Source of the DNA: a virus | DNA length: 64,000 nt | IMG/VR virus record: IMGVR_UViG_3300031521_000012 | Coordinates: 64,001 to 128,000 of that record | Strand: one strand, 5' to 3' | Shown: positions 46,533-57,611 of the stretch, piece after piece | Layout of the letters: each line of letters opens with the position of its first letter | Position numbering within the stretch: the stretch's first letter is position 1 | The notes under the pieces: model-generated | Told to the model about the DNA's origin: nothing | The model's database searches: none | What the model saw: the letters and a program-made list of their open reading frames with translations, nothing else | Made by a program: the position numbers and the translations under genes

Positions 46533-48116
46533 TTATTCAATTATTAAATTTGCGTTTAAATGAGCAATTAAGCCAGTCTTATCATTCCAAATAAATGCTT
46601 CACCAGCCTTAATAGAACCCGTGAAACCCTTAGAAAAATGCCACGAATCAGTCCCACTAAGACTTGACAAATATCTTACAGTAACACCTAAATCTTCATT
46701 AGTCATTCTTTTATTATCTAAAGCTATAATCTTTACATCTCTTTTTCGATGAATATGTCCTACGTGAAACTCATGATATGTTGTTTCACTCCACATTGGT
46801 TTTGATTCAATGTCTGATGCCATTAGCATCGGTAAGCTATTTTCCTTTTCTTCGCTACCATGAGTAAAACCTAATAAGACTTCACCAAATCGATAATATT
46901 TTCTTGGTGATGCGCCATTATTGATATTTACCATATGATCATCATTAAACCAAGCTACGAGGAATTCTCCCATATAATAGCTACGTTCAAAGTCATGATT
47001 CCCCGGGATTACCACAACATCGACTCGTCTACCCGTTTGTTTCAACATATTAATTGCATCCACAAGCAATCTTGTCCCAATCTGGAATGTTTTCTGCCAG
47101 CGTACATCTTCATCTTGTAATGTGCCCTTAGTGGTTGTATTAAATATAGTATCACTATTAAAAAAGTCATTTCCAACAGGAAATAATATTCGAGAATATT
47201 CAAACCCTTTGACTCTATTAATTAATGTTACTATTGTATTTAAAAACCTTTCACTTGCAATTTTAATATCATAATTTTCACCAGTTTCTTTATTCCAACA
47301 AAGTTTTCCGAGGTGTAAATCATTGAGTGCTAGCTCAAAGAGATTATTCTCATTTTTAATAAGTTCAGCTGGCTGCAAACAATTAAGAACAGGTGGTTCA
47401 TAATTAGATACCATATCTTTAAATATTTCACCAAGTATTTGTTCCTTTACTATACTACAATCTCTTTCAAGACGTGCTTTCACCTGAAAATTCTGAATTG
47501 TTTGTGGAGTATCTCTTTTCCAGCTTGTTACATCCCATTTATTGACTGTATAATCTTTTACATGCCAAATTTTCTGATCTACATCAGCAGCAATTAACAG
47601 CTGTTCTAGGGTTTTAATGTGATCTGCAGGGTAACTTGAATCTGACTTCCACTCAACAGTTGCTTCGTTTCCACTAGCACTATATTCTATATTTCCCTGC
47701 ATCGGTGAAGCAACGAAGTCCTTTTTTCCGCTATCATATGCATAAACTTGATTTGGTTCATGTGATATTGCGGTCATTAATGGATAGTTGCCAAATTGTG
47801 TTTGAGTACAAACGCCTGATACAGCGTTCATAGCCCTATTACCGATTTTATCTATTTTTTTACTGGTTTCAATGTCATCTACCTTAGATGAACCAGCTTT
47901 ATAATGCATTAGATATCTCCGATATGCAGCATTGAATAACGTAAATAATTCGTCATCAAGTGTATCATTATCAAATTTTTCATAAACCAATGCTTTGATG
48001 TTTTTAATATAGGTGTCTGCAAATCCACATTTTACTGATGCTTCTTTTACTGAAATATTATTATCTACAGCATAATTCATTACACTAACAGCACTTAAAA
48101 TTCTTTCTTTTTTCAT
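46533..48116 (-). CDS. calcineurin-like metallophosphoesterase with N-terminal extension
   Basis: DLHLG, GND, GNHD, THG, GHIH. Confidence 0.85.
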   Translation of the reverse strand: MKKERILSAVSVMNYAVDNNISVKEASVKCGFADTYIKNIKALVYEKFDNDTLDDELFTLFNAAYRRYLMHYKAGSSKVDDIETSKKIDKIGNRAMNAVSGVCTQTQFGNYPLMTAISHEPNQVYAYDSGKKDFVASPMQGNIEYSASGNEATVEWKSDSSYPADHIKTLEQLLIAADVDQKIWHVKDYTVNKWDVTSWKRDTPQTIQNFQVKARLERDCSIVKEQILGEIFKDMVSNYEPPVLNCLQPAELIKNENNLFELALNDLHLGKLCWNKETGENYDIKIASERFLNTIVTLINRVKGFEYSRILFPVGNDFFNSDTIFNTTTKGTLQDEDVRWQKTFQIGTRLLVDAINMLKQTGRRVDVVVIPGNHDFERSYYMGEFLVAWFNDDHMVNINNGASPRKYYRFGEVLLGFTHGSEEKENSLPMLMASDIESKPMWSETTYHEFHVGHIHRKRDVKIIALDNKRMTNEDLGVTVRYLSSLSGTDSWHFSKGFTGSIKAGEAFIWNDKTGLIAHLNANLIIE

Positions 48117-48155
48117 ATTTAAATATTTGTTAAAATATAGTTATATAATTTTTGC

Positions 48156-48186
48156 CAAACTTACAACAAAAGCATTAAACGTGCAA
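48156..48186 (-). promoter_or_regulatory. Bacteroidota sigma-A promoter
   Basis: TTG...TAAGTTTG. Confidence 0.65.
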
Positions 48187-48192
48187 GTGTTT

Positions 48193-48501
48193 TCAAATAA
48201 ATATATTACCATTACTTTTCATAAAGATAATATTTTTCTCAATTTCAATACACTCTCCAATAAATGATAGTTCATGACTTACAGACATATCGAACCATTC
48301 CCTTTCTTTTCTCAAATGTGAATACCTATTCTGTAATGATTTTTCAATTTGATATGCATATTCAGATTTATAAACTTCAATAAGTTTTAACTTAGAAGGA
48401 TTACCTGTACTTAATTCGTTTATTCGTTTTTGAGGATGCTTAGAAACACCTACTTTATAGTAGCTGTTTTCTAATGATTGTATTAAATAAATATAATTCA
48501 T
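48193..48501 (-). CDS. T5orf172/MUG113 GIY-YIG-like protein
   Basis: YIYLI..YKVGVS..KRINELSTGNP, EWF. Confidence 0.8.
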   Translation of the reverse strand: MNYIYLIQSLENSYYKVGVSKHPQKRINELSTGNPSKLKLIEVYKSEYAYQIEKSLQNRYSHLRKEREWFDMSVSHELSFIGECIEIEKNIIFMKSNGNIFI

Positions 48502-48504
48502 ATG

Positions 48505-48906
48505 TTAGAATATACAAATACATCTAAATGGCTGAAATCTAGCAACAAATCCTTCACCATTGTCGTTTAGACTAATTATTTCGGTATATTGAACTTCAAT
48601 AATCCATTTACTGATTTCAATACCAGCAGGGTCTATCGTAATTAATTTGAATGAAAATGTATGACCTAATGAATGATTATAAGTCTTAAAGAATTCAATT
48701 AAATTTTCACGTGTCGTATCACCCAAAGCACAAGCGATAAATGTTAATTCAATGTCATTCCAAACAAATTTATTAGGGCAATCACCTATTCGATTCTCAT
48801 ATGCTATATTAGGTGTAACATTCAGTTTAGGTTTACTAATTGTATCAACAATCCATGGCTGTAACCCATATTCGCTATTAAACTCAACTAAATATCTATT
48901 TTTCAT
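48505..48906 (-). CDS. tail-tube (T4 gp19)-like protein, divergent
   Basis: NRY, WNDIELTF, IDPAG..ISKW; paralog of 48910..49449. Confidence 0.55.
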   Translation of the reverse strand: MKNRYLVEFNSEYGLQPWIVDTISKPKLNVTPNIAYENRIGDCPNKFVWNDIELTFIACALGDTTRENLIEFFKTYNHSLGHTFSFKLITIDPAGIEISKWIIEVQYTEIISLNDNGEGFVARFQPFRCICIF

Positions 48907-48909
48907 ATG

Positions 48910-49449
48910 TTAATATAAATTAACGCATTTAGATGGTCTAAATACTACTTTAATCTCTTGAATTTTGTCATCAGCCAAATCAAATTTTCCAAAATCAATT
49001 GATACAATATATTCAACAATTACTTTCCACTTTTCGATTGTAACTCCAGTAGGGTCTAACGTATCAATAAAAAAATATGGTATTGGTGTTGAAACAATGC
49101 CCTCTATTGATTTTTTAATTAACGATTCTGCAAGATTGTTAAAATATTGTGATGTTGATGGCTCAATGATACTCATAAATGTAACTTCAATATCATCCCA
49201 ATGATATCTAGGCATATGACCTCTTATGGTCTCCTTATAGTTAATTTCGCCCATTGTTAGCTTAGGTTTATTAATACTATTAACTAACCACGATTCAATC
49301 TTAAAATTTTTATCTTCTGACTCAAGATTAACTGTTTCAGGAAATGTAACGATAAACCTATTATTTATTTTTGGTTCTGCCAGTTGTGGTACAAGTATAT
49401 TTCTGCCTAGTTTTTCATGTAATTCTTTGCTGTTATTAAAATAAGCCAT
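48910..49449 (-). CDS. tail-tube (T4 gp19)-like protein
   Basis: EPKINNRF, WDDIEVTF, LDPTGVTIEKW, DFG. Confidence 0.65.
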   Translation of the reverse strand: MAYFNNSKELHEKLGRNILVPQLAEPKINNRFIVTFPETVNLESEDKNFKIESWLVNSINKPKLTMGEINYKETIRGHMPRYHWDDIEVTFMSIIEPSTSQYFNNLAESLIKKSIEGIVSTPIPYFFIDTLDPTGVTIEKWKVIVEYIVSIDFGKFDLADDKIQEIKVVFRPSKCVNLY

Positions 49450-49465
49450 TGTTGATTATAATTAA

Positions 49466-50113
49466 CTATTTAATGTTATTTCCAATTCCAAACATAATCA
49501 TACCACTAACACAACAACAATAAGAGTCAGCCATATCAAAGTTCATATCTTTAGGACTTCCATCTTTTTTATAAAACCATTCAATTTGTGGCTCTAAGCT
49601 ACGGACTTTTTCCCATATATACAACTTTTTTTCTTTTCTATATTCAACTGGAAATGAAAGGGTTTCAACTTTTTCACGATTTTTATCATATGAAACAGTA
49701 ATTAGTTCACGTAAAAATAGTCTACGTGAATCGTAAACCGAAATAAGTTTTGGATATAGATCAAATATCTGATATAAAATATAACATACAATTCCATTAA
49801 ATCCATACAATAAAGAAACGGTATTTGCATTATTGCTCCCACCCAAAGGTTTTTCGACAATTATATGAATAATTTCACCATTAAGTTCGTTTAAAACACG
49901 TTCTTTAAATTCCAGCACATATTTTCTAAAAATTTCAGCTTTATGTATTATTCTATCATTAATGAGAACATCTTTACCTAGTTTTAATTCTAAGTGTTTT
50001 AACTCAATCAATTTTCCATCTGTACTCATTAAAGTACTACCGATATTAGTGGTGCTTACATCTAGTGACCATATATACTTTTCCATATTATGCTCTTTCT
50101 TTATGTTCATCAA
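49466..50113 (-). CDS. ruvC: RuvC-like Holliday junction resolvase
   Basis: SLDVSTTNIG, IVEKP and DMADS acidic catalytic residues. Confidence 0.75.
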   Translation of the reverse strand: MMNIKKEHNMEKYIWSLDVSTTNIGSTLMSTDGKLIELKHLELKLGKDVLINDRIIHKAEIFRKYVLEFKERVLNELNGEIIHIIVEKPLGGSNNANTVSLLYGFNGIVCYILYQIFDLYPKLISVYDSRRLFLRELITVSYDKNREKVETLSFPVEYRKEKKLYIWEKVRSLEPQIEWFYKKDGSPKDMNFDMADSYCCCVSGMIMFGIGNNIK

Positions 50114-50279
50114 TCATTTTTTGCATGTTTTTATAGTTATCTAAATAAAGTCCAATTAGGTCTTCAATAACACCACCGATTTTCATGCTTTTTCCCTTGC
50201 ACAATAGTTTAAATCTATTATGCAGGCTACCATCGATTATGACAGATTTAGGTTTTACTTCTGTTAGTAAATTTTTCAT
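50088..50279 (-). CDS. ribbon-helix-helix DNA-binding protein
   Basis: KSVIID..LHNRFKLLC...MKIGGVIEDLI pattern. Confidence 0.6.
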   Translation of the reverse strand: MKNLLTEVKPKSVIIDGSLHNRFKLLCKGKSMKIGGVIEDLIGLYLDNYKNMQKMIDEHKERA

Positions 50280-50352
50280 ACGTATTTTATTATGTTAATC
50301 TATAATAAATACTAAGAATTATAAAAAAGTATATTTTTTTATAATTATTGGG

Positions 50353-51084
50353 TTAGAAATCGAGTGCAAATACTATTGTTCTTGAGATTGTTGAATCTTT
50401 TTCAATTGGATTGTTGAGTTTTCCAATAGCAACAAGATTTTTATTCGAATCATAAATGCCTATTTCAGTTATTGCCACCTTATCTTCATTCCATGTTTCA
50501 TTGGTAGATGAATTAAATTCATTCAATGGTAATATGATTGAAATATCTGTGGTATATGCAATAGCTTTTATATCGGTTATGACATTACCCAAGAAAAATA
50601 CTTCGTCACCAAAGCATAAATCACCATCAGCTGAAGTCTCTTTTGAAGGATATGTAATAATATCACTAATATTATATGTTGGAAACGTTAAGTAATTCAA
50701 CAATGGTATTTTAAACACTTGTTGTGTCAATTCTAATGGTGTTAAAGTACTACCACTAACATTTGTAATTATTTGTGGCGTTAAATCATATACTCTCCAA
50801 TTAGAAGCAATTGGTTTAGCTTCGGCTGCTGTAGTAAAACCACTATTGTTTACTATTTGAACTAATGCTTTGATTTTATTAGCTGTATATCCTGTACCAC
50901 CACTAAGACTATTACTTAGGAACTTAAAATCACTTATATTAGGGAAACTTAATGATATTTCCTGTATATATGGATTGTTTGCATCCAAAAATAAGGATTT
51001 AATATAATTACAGTGTATAGATTTGCTATAACCATTATTGGGTACTAAAATATATGAAGTAAAAACTGTATAACCGTTTGCCAT
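50353..51084 (-). CDS. baseplate/tail structural protein
   Basis: C-terminal ITEIGIYD...VAIGKL..PIEK motif. Confidence 0.6.
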   Translation of the reverse strand: MANGYTVFTSYILVPNNGYSKSIHCNYIKSLFLDANNPYIQEISLSFPNISDFKFLSNSLSGGTGYTANKIKALVQIVNNSGFTTAAEAKPIASNWRVYDLTPQIITNVSGSTLTPLELTQQVFKIPLLNYLTFPTYNISDIITYPSKETSADGDLCFGDEVFFLGNVITDIKAIAYTTDISIILPLNEFNSSTNETWNEDKVAITEIGIYDSNKNLVAIGKLNNPIEKDSTISRTIVFALDF

Positions 51085-51124
51085 TATTATTTTTATTATA
51101 AATACTTAATTAATTATTAGATTA

Positions 51125-53086
51125 TTATACGCAGTTGTGCGTTAATCCTGAACAATCTAAATTATATTGATTATCACATGTAATGCTTGTTGTGCCAAAA
51201 TCAACAGCTGCTGAGGCAAGTGTTATTGTTACAAAACCATTTTTACCATTACGTCCAAAATCACAGTCAACTATGCCTTGTACCCTTATCAAGCCAACGT
51301 TAGTTATTCCAGAAATTGTTGTACTACCAGTTACTGTTTGAGAATCTGCTTGTGCTGTAGGATAGTTACCGCCTGAAACGCTTGCATTTGCAGTATTAAT
51401 ACTTGTCCAAGTACTTCCACCATCTGTTGATAATATAAAGTCAGAAGTTGCACTATTATAGTCTTGACCATCACTACCTGCATTATCACAACCAGCAGTT
51501 ATTGTATAATCCAATGTTAATGAAAATGTTTGTCCTACAGGATGATTTACAGCTAAAATAGCTTGATTACTAGCTATTGAGCCGAAGTATACTTGTGAAC
51601 CATATACTGGTATTGGTGTAGAAGTCGGTGTTGGCGTTGGGGTGGCTGTTGGCGCACCTGTTGCAGTAGGCGTTGGAGTTGGAGTAACTGTAACTGGAAT
51701 TGGTGTTGCAGTTGGTGTCGCTGTCGGTGGAGCTGGTGTTGGTGTAGGGGTTGGTGTTATTGTTGGTAATGGTGTAGGAGTTGCAGTTGGTAATGGTGGA
51801 CATGGTGTTAATCCACCAAATCCAGCTATTAAATAATCAGGCATCGTCCACGATCTATTTGATTTATAAGACATAGCAAACAATAACTCCTGATCTTCAA
51901 TCACAAATATTTTTAAACCAGTAAATACTTTACCTACAATATTGCCACTTAAATCAGCTAGATCATAATAGGTAATATTTAATGATTTGGTTGCACCCGA
52001 TAGAATTTTGCTACTACCTGTTGCGACAAGTGTAACACCTAAAGTATTTCCACTTGATTTGTGCCACATTATTGTTGGAATCTGTAAAATTTCAGTGTTT
52101 AAATAAAATTCTTCGCCATATGTATTTGCAGGAGAATTATTACTATAATGAATCACACCTAGCTTTTTATTAACAGGTGCTTGATTTTGTATATATGAAA
52201 CAAAACCGCCATAGACTCTACTATTGAATTGTGCAAATTTTCTATCAGCAGCTTGAATTCCAGCTATTTCATCTGTATATATAATGGACATGTTCCAAAA
52301 TGGAAATGCACTTATTGAGCATTGACTGTTTTCTAAAAATGTTAATACACTTTGATTAATATAATCGGTTGAGTATTGATTGGCTACTGTAATACCGCTA
52401 TAATATACAAGTGCACCAGCTTTTCCTGTAGGAGTAAAGCTAGTTAAATTAGGCAGTTCTCTATCAACTATAACAACTAAATTATTACTTCCTAATGTAC
52501 CTGTTTTACTTATGATTTGATACATTAAATATGGTGTAGGCGTATTTTTATTAATAGTATAACCAGTTGTGTCTGAATTCAAAGTCCATTTCACTAACAA
52601 TAAATCACCAGCAGTTGGTTCATTTGCACTTGTACCATATAACGGTGCTTTTTTCAATGATAATTTCGTACCGCCAGTAATTCCACTCATGTATATCATA
52701 CAATCTGGTTGTTTTACATGATTGCTATCTGTTATGAAAGTAGTTCCGCTATTATTAAAAAATCCAATGGATTGAGCACTATTCACAATATCATATGATA
52801 CTGGTGAAATTGTTGATATTTGATTATAAGGATCGCCACTAATATTTCTAGGTATAAATGAAATAATCTTAGGATTTTTATCCCTAGGTCTTAAAATACT
52901 TAAATTAAACGGGTTGTAATCAACAGCAAGCTCGCTATTAATTTCTCTTATGAAATTATAGTCTATTTCGCTATCACCAACAGCAAAGTAACTAAATGAT
53001 AAATCACCTGTTGATAATAATTCTCTACCTTTTGAAGTTAACATTATGTTTAACACAATGGGGTCTGTTTTCTCAATAAATGCCAT
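51125..53086 (-). CDS. virion structural protein with Pro/Thr linker
   Basis: N-terminal LTSKGR..L..G..F.YFAVGDSEIDY; PT repeats; beta-rich C-terminal domain. Confidence 0.65.
   Translation of the reverse strand: MAFIEKTDPIVLNIMLTSKGRELLSTGDLSFSYFAVGDSEIDYNFIREINSELAVDYNPFNLSILRPRDKNPKIISFIPRNISGDPYNQISTISPVSYDIVNSAQSIGFFNNSGTTFITDSNHVKQPDCMIYMSGITGGTKLSLKKAPLYGTSANEPTAGDLLLVKWTLNSDTTGYTINKNTPTPYLMYQIISKTGTLGSNNLVVIVDRELPNLTSFTPTGKAGALVYYSGITVANQYSTDYINQSVLTFLENSQCSISAFPFWNMSIIYTDEIAGIQAADRKFAQFNSRVYGGFVSYIQNQAPVNKKLGVIHYSNNSPANTYGEEFYLNTEILQIPTIMWHKSSGNTLGVTLVATGSSKILSGATKSLNITYYDLADLSGNIVGKVFTGLKIFVIEDQELLFAMSYKSNRSWTMPDYLIAGFGGLTPCPPLPTATPTPLPTITPTPTPTPAPPTATPTATPIPVTVTPTPTPTATGAPTATPTPTPTSTPIPVYGSQVYFGSIASNQAILAVNHPVGQTFSLTLDYTITAGCDNAGSDGQDYNSATSDFILSTDGGSTWTSINTANASVSGGNYPTAQADSQTVTGSTTISGITNVGLIRVQGIVDCDFGRNGKNGFVTITLASAAVDFGTTSITCDNQYNLDCSGLTHNCV
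51610..51800 (-). repeat. (PT/PA)n coding repeat
   Basis: PTATPTPLPTITPTPTPTPAPPTATPTATP... Confidence 0.85.
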
Positions 53087-53142
53087 TTTTTAACAATTTA
53101 ATTATAAATACTATTATATAGAGTTTCAATTGATAATTGTGC

Positions 53143-56100
53143 TTAACAACTAACTGATTGAATAATCGTGCCTGTATTATCAACCTGTACTGCAAACCAA
53201 TTAACACCACTATCAATACCAGTACCAATTGTGATTGCAATCCAATTATTTGGAGTAACGCTTAAATCAGGATTTCCCATACTGTCACGTAAAACTCTAC
53301 CAACCATCGGTGGACCGAATTCAGGTTCTAACATATAATAACTACGACCAAATGTTTTGTTTAAACAAGCTAATGTTGAGGTTGTATAACTACTAACAGT
53401 TCCCATCCACAAAAATAATGTTGGGGTAGGCGTAATTGATGTAAGTGGTGTGGTTATAGCTGATTTTACACTACCATATCCAATTCCAACACTATTTTTA
53501 GCAAATGCTCTATAAAACGTTTCTGTGTTTGGTGCAAGACCTGATAACACATCAGAATAGGGAATACTTGTATCACCAGAAATAAATTGCTTAGATATTA
53601 GTGTTGGGTAATTTTCGACTATTAAAGATACTGATGGATTTTGTGAATATAATACACCGTATTCCATAATAATTAAATTACCTTTATTTGTTATCGTATT
53701 ACCGCTTGTTGATATTTGCGTTGGAGTTATAGCATATACTTGTCCTGTAATTACAGTAGGGATAAACGTTGGAACTGATTGTGTTGTAGTCTGAAGAATA
53801 TTACCTGTATATGAAATACCTGATATCGATATATATGCTCGATATTGATATGTTGTATTTGCAGATAAACTTATAATATTATAGTTATAACTATTGCCAG
53901 TAATTACTGTTGATAATAAAACTGTTGTAGCCCAAGTACTATCACTAGGCTTTTTATATTGCATACCATAGTAATCAATATTTCCATTAATAATAATATT
54001 TATGCCACCAGTATTAATGTTGTTAACACCAGCAGTTCCTATTTTAGTTTCAATATGTGTTGTAGCTGCTGAAACAGGAGTTAATATTTGTAAGGTATTT
54101 CCAGTATAACCATATTTACCTGATCTAATATATGCACGATAATTATATAACGTAAAGTCAGTGACTCCTGTAATGGTAGTTACGTAATTATCAACAGATA
54201 ATGCACCTAATTTATTAACACGTTTCCATGCGCCCCATACACCATTATATAATTTACTATACTCAATACCATATTCAGTTAATAAAGTATTTCCCTGTAT
54301 GTTCTTGCCACCAGTTATTATACTACCAGTAATGCCACTTATTGTTTCAACAAATAATGTTGGTGGTATTGGTGGCGATGGTTTGACAGTATCTTGATTA
54401 ATTTTAAAAACAGCGCCATCATCCCCTAAATATTTCAACATGGGATTACCTCTCATATCAATCGTAGTTGAATTACCTGAATATACGTTGACACCCCTTC
54501 GATACATGAACTTTTGTTTAGTAAAGAAACTGTTTTCGATTAATAATCCACTTTTTCTTAAAATAATTGTAGCTGGCAGTAATTGATCAACAAATCTTTG
54601 AAAAAAAGCATTATACTTGCTTAAGAAAGAATATAAATTAGCAAAGGTATAGCCATTTGATTTTAATGGATCGTCATTTGGTAATGTGCTTCGTTTCAGA
54701 TATTCAACATATATTTTTAATAATGCAGGATACCAACCGCCTTTAAAATCGGATATTGTTTTTCTGTTTTTAACATTTACCATTCTTTTCTGTACTAATT
54801 CAACAAATTCTAAAAATGATAACTGACTAATATCGCCAACGCCAAAAACATCGTTGATTATCGGTTGGAAAAATGAACTATGCGCTATTAGATAATAAAC
54901 GGTTATTACTGTTCCATATCTAATTCCACTAGGTAAAAATATTTCATATGGGTTTTGCACATTAATACTATAATCTAAATTAGGCTCTAATGCAATTCCA
55001 TCTATCAATACTTTAACATCAGAAGCAGCATTTGCTTTATAGTTTAACTTATATACATATTTATTAGCAAAATTATTGAAATATATCTTGCTACTGTTGA
55101 AGCTATCAACTCTAATAACTTCACTTCTAGCTGAAATATCATCACTACCTGCTACTTCAACATATGCCACCTGAATATCTGGATTTATTTTTAAATAAGA
55201 AATAACCTCCTGATTTTGAATAATTATTTGGCTAGAACCTGTTGTATTATTTGGATCAACAATATAATCAGCAACAAATTGTGGAGTGCCTTTAGTTAAT
55301 GCAATACCATTTACAGTAAGCTGTACATCACCACGTGGATATGTTGGCAATGGAATTGCAGTACCACTTGTATTAGCCTTTATTCTTGTTACAATATAAT
55401 CAACAGTTATGCCACTGACAGATCGTGTGTTTCCTGAATATATGTACGTTACTTGAATAACGTCTCTTCCTGATGAATTATTTTTAGCATAAACCGCATT
55501 CGCTAAGGTAAATGAATTTCCGTTAATAACATAATCAGCTTGTGCTGTTATACCTGTGGTTGTACCTGTTTTGGGCGCATTTAATAAAATACCATTGAAA
55601 CGAACTTCAAAATCTCCCATTAGTTTATTAGCTGTTGTAGGAAGTGTAAAAGTATTTTGTGATGCACCAACACCTAACGATATATTTACATATGAATAAG
55701 GTAATGTATATCCGCTAGAATTAGCTGCAAAGTCTTTTTGTATATAGTCATATACGTCATGCTCAATTCCACGTGAAGTGTCTAATGCAACATCAACTTC
55801 TTTTGTATTGATAACCAACCTACTATCTTCTTGATAATATTGAGGTGTTGAGCTATGAATTCTTGTTGTTGCTCCGCTTTGCGACCAAGACTTTTTATTA
55901 TCAACAGTTCTGTTTAAATCAAAACCAGCTAGCCTAAATGCATTCATATATGCTTGACCGCTATCTGTATCACCAGACACTTGAAAATAAAAATCGCTTG
56001 TTTCTATTGGTGCTATTGGATAGCCTTGTGTATCATACGGTAATGAACTAGATGGAAAATCACTTAACGATAGTTGGACATTATTAGGATTAATTTTTCC

Positions 56101-57537
56101 ATCAACGGTATATACATATTCAGTTATATTAATAAACGGTTCTGGTATTCCAATTAATAAGAATATTGACTTAATTGATTCTCTAGTGCCTTTAGATTTC
56201 CAATAATAATTAGTATTCATTAGAATTCTTCTCCACAATTCAATATCAATTTCCGCAGGCATTAAGTCATTATTTAAATTTCTTTCATTGCTATCAACAG
56301 TTAAAAAACTATTAACCAGTTCATCTTCATTAAGTAACGAGAAGTAATCCCAACCAAACGTTCTTGACATATTTTGAATTAGTTGATCTGGTACGTTGTT
56401 TATTTTATCATATGTTACTTTATTGATATATGTTAATGAGTCAATGAATTCTCTAAGTTGGTCAAATTCTCTACCATAAATTCTCAATAATTTCGTCATT
56501 TTGCCTTGTTCGGTAAAATCGTATGCCTTGATTGATGATGGTGTTAAGAATCTAGCAATTAAATCGGTTTTGATTTTATCATATTTAGCACCAATGGTTA
56601 ATAAAATTTGTAAAAATTTTTCATAATTTGGTGTATTGAAATCAATATTATATTTATCACTTGTTGACCATGATAATGTAGTATCGCTATATACTATAGT
56701 TCCATCATCCAGTAATGTAGGGTCTTTAAGTGTAAACTGAAAACTATCAGAATTAACTCTATTTGATATTATATACTTTTCATATTCACTTAGCGATGAT
56801 CTAAATTCTTCGAAAACATGCGCATTAGGTTTAATATGAAAATCAATAGAAGCCGTTGTTGCACTTACAATGCCTAAAGGATTGCCATTCGCCTTAATCA
56901 TTAAATAAGGTCGTCCCGATGTATTTCCAGTATATCCAATTACATTCGATGCATTATTTGATGCATTTTGCGCTGTCCATATTACATATTTATCGTATGA
57001 TTGATTTATGTTTTTCAATACCTCACCATCAGGAACACTACTATTCCCATAATTATATACCAATCCAAATGTATTGATAACAATACCAATTGGTATTTTA
57101 AATGATGAAGTATCTGATATTAAGTCATATGTATAATCAAAATATGTTGTTGCACCACTTCTGGATAATTGTGAATTCATGAAAAGACTTCCAGTATAAC
57201 CAGTAATAATATTTTGAATAGAAACTCTTAAGTATTCATATGCAGACCCAAATCTAATAAATGTGTTTAAATCGGATTTATCTAAATTCAACACTGCGTT
57301 TGTGGTGTAAGAATGTATAATTTCTGATTGGGCATTAGTAACACCTAGTGTATCCAGTGTTACAGCTCTCACAAATGAACTTAATGTATTACTATAATCA
57401 ATATACTTCCTACCATCAAAATTTGATGTAACAGCGAAGCTTCCAAACGAAAAAATGGTTTCAGATGCAGTGTTATTGAAATTATTTCCGTTTAAATTTT
57501 GATCAAGATTATTATTTACGACTTTAACTTTTGCCAC
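53143..57537 (-). CDS. large baseplate wedge/tail protein with FN3-like C-terminal domains (GTG start)
   Basis: gp7/P2-gpI-like KSKGTRESIK..L.G.P; YxYRAY FN3-like repeats. Confidence 0.7.
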   Translation of the reverse strand: MAKVKVVNNNLDQNLNGNNFNNTASETIFSFGSFAVTSNFDGRKYIDYSNTLSSFVRAVTLDTLGVTNAQSEIIHSYTTNAVLNLDKSDLNTFIRFGSAYEYLRVSIQNIITGYTGSLFMNSQLSRSGATTYFDYTYDLISDTSSFKIPIGIVINTFGLVYNYGNSSVPDGEVLKNINQSYDKYVIWTAQNASNNASNVIGYTGNTSGRPYLMIKANGNPLGIVSATTASIDFHIKPNAHVFEEFRSSLSEYEKYIISNRVNSDSFQFTLKDPTLLDDGTIVYSDTTLSWSTSDKYNIDFNTPNYEKFLQILLTIGAKYDKIKTDLIARFLTPSSIKAYDFTEQGKMTKLLRIYGREFDQLREFIDSLTYINKVTYDKINNVPDQLIQNMSRTFGWDYFSLLNEDELVNSFLTVDSNERNLNNDLMPAEIDIELWRRILMNTNYYWKSKGTRESIKSIFLLIGIPEPFINITEYVYTVDGKINPNNVQLSLSDFPSSSLPYDTQGYPIAPIETSDFYFQVSGDTDSGQAYMNAFRLAGFDLNRTVDNKKSWSQSGATTRIHSSTPQYYQEDSRLVINTKEVDVALDTSRGIEHDVYDYIQKDFAANSSGYTLPYSYVNISLGVGASQNTFTLPTTANKLMGDFEVRFNGILLNAPKTGTTTGITAQADYVINGNSFTLANAVYAKNNSSGRDVIQVTYIYSGNTRSVSGITVDYIVTRIKANTSGTAIPLPTYPRGDVQLTVNGIALTKGTPQFVADYIVDPNNTTGSSQIIIQNQEVISYLKINPDIQVAYVEVAGSDDISARSEVIRVDSFNSSKIYFNNFANKYVYKLNYKANAASDVKVLIDGIALEPNLDYSINVQNPYEIFLPSGIRYGTVITVYYLIAHSSFFQPIINDVFGVGDISQLSFLEFVELVQKRMVNVKNRKTISDFKGGWYPALLKIYVEYLKRSTLPNDDPLKSNGYTFANLYSFLSKYNAFFQRFVDQLLPATIILRKSGLLIENSFFTKQKFMYRRGVNVYSGNSTTIDMRGNPMLKYLGDDGAVFKINQDTVKPSPPIPPTLFVETISGITGSIITGGKNIQGNTLLTEYGIEYSKLYNGVWGAWKRVNKLGALSVDNYVTTITGVTDFTLYNYRAYIRSGKYGYTGNTLQILTPVSAATTHIETKIGTAGVNNINTGGINIIINGNIDYYGMQYKKPSDSTWATTVLLSTVITGNSYNYNIISLSANTTYQYRAYISISGISYTGNILQTTTQSVPTFIPTVITGQVYAITPTQISTSGNTITNKGNLIIMEYGVLYSQNPSVSLIVENYPTLISKQFISGDTSIPYSDVLSGLAPNTETFYRAFAKNSVGIGYGSVKSAITTPLTSITPTPTLFLWMGTVSSYTTSTLACLNKTFGRSYYMLEPEFGPPMVGRVLRDSMGNPDLSVTPNNWIAITIGTGIDSGVNWFAVQVDNTGTIIQSVSC

Positions 57538-57570
57538 AAGCTTTAAATTTTATTATAAATACGCTAAAAA

Positions 57571-57602
57571 GAAAAATCCTGATCATTTAGATCAGGATTC
57601 TT
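57571..57602 (-). terminator. intrinsic terminator
   Basis: aatcctgatc-attta-gatcaggatt with adjacent A-run. Confidence 0.7.
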
Positions 57603-57611
57603 ACGTATTGT

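Noticed and set aside
51610-51800. CRISPR array or other DNA repeat element
   Set aside because: It is a Pro/Thr coding linker; no repeat-spacer array was seen anywhere in the window.
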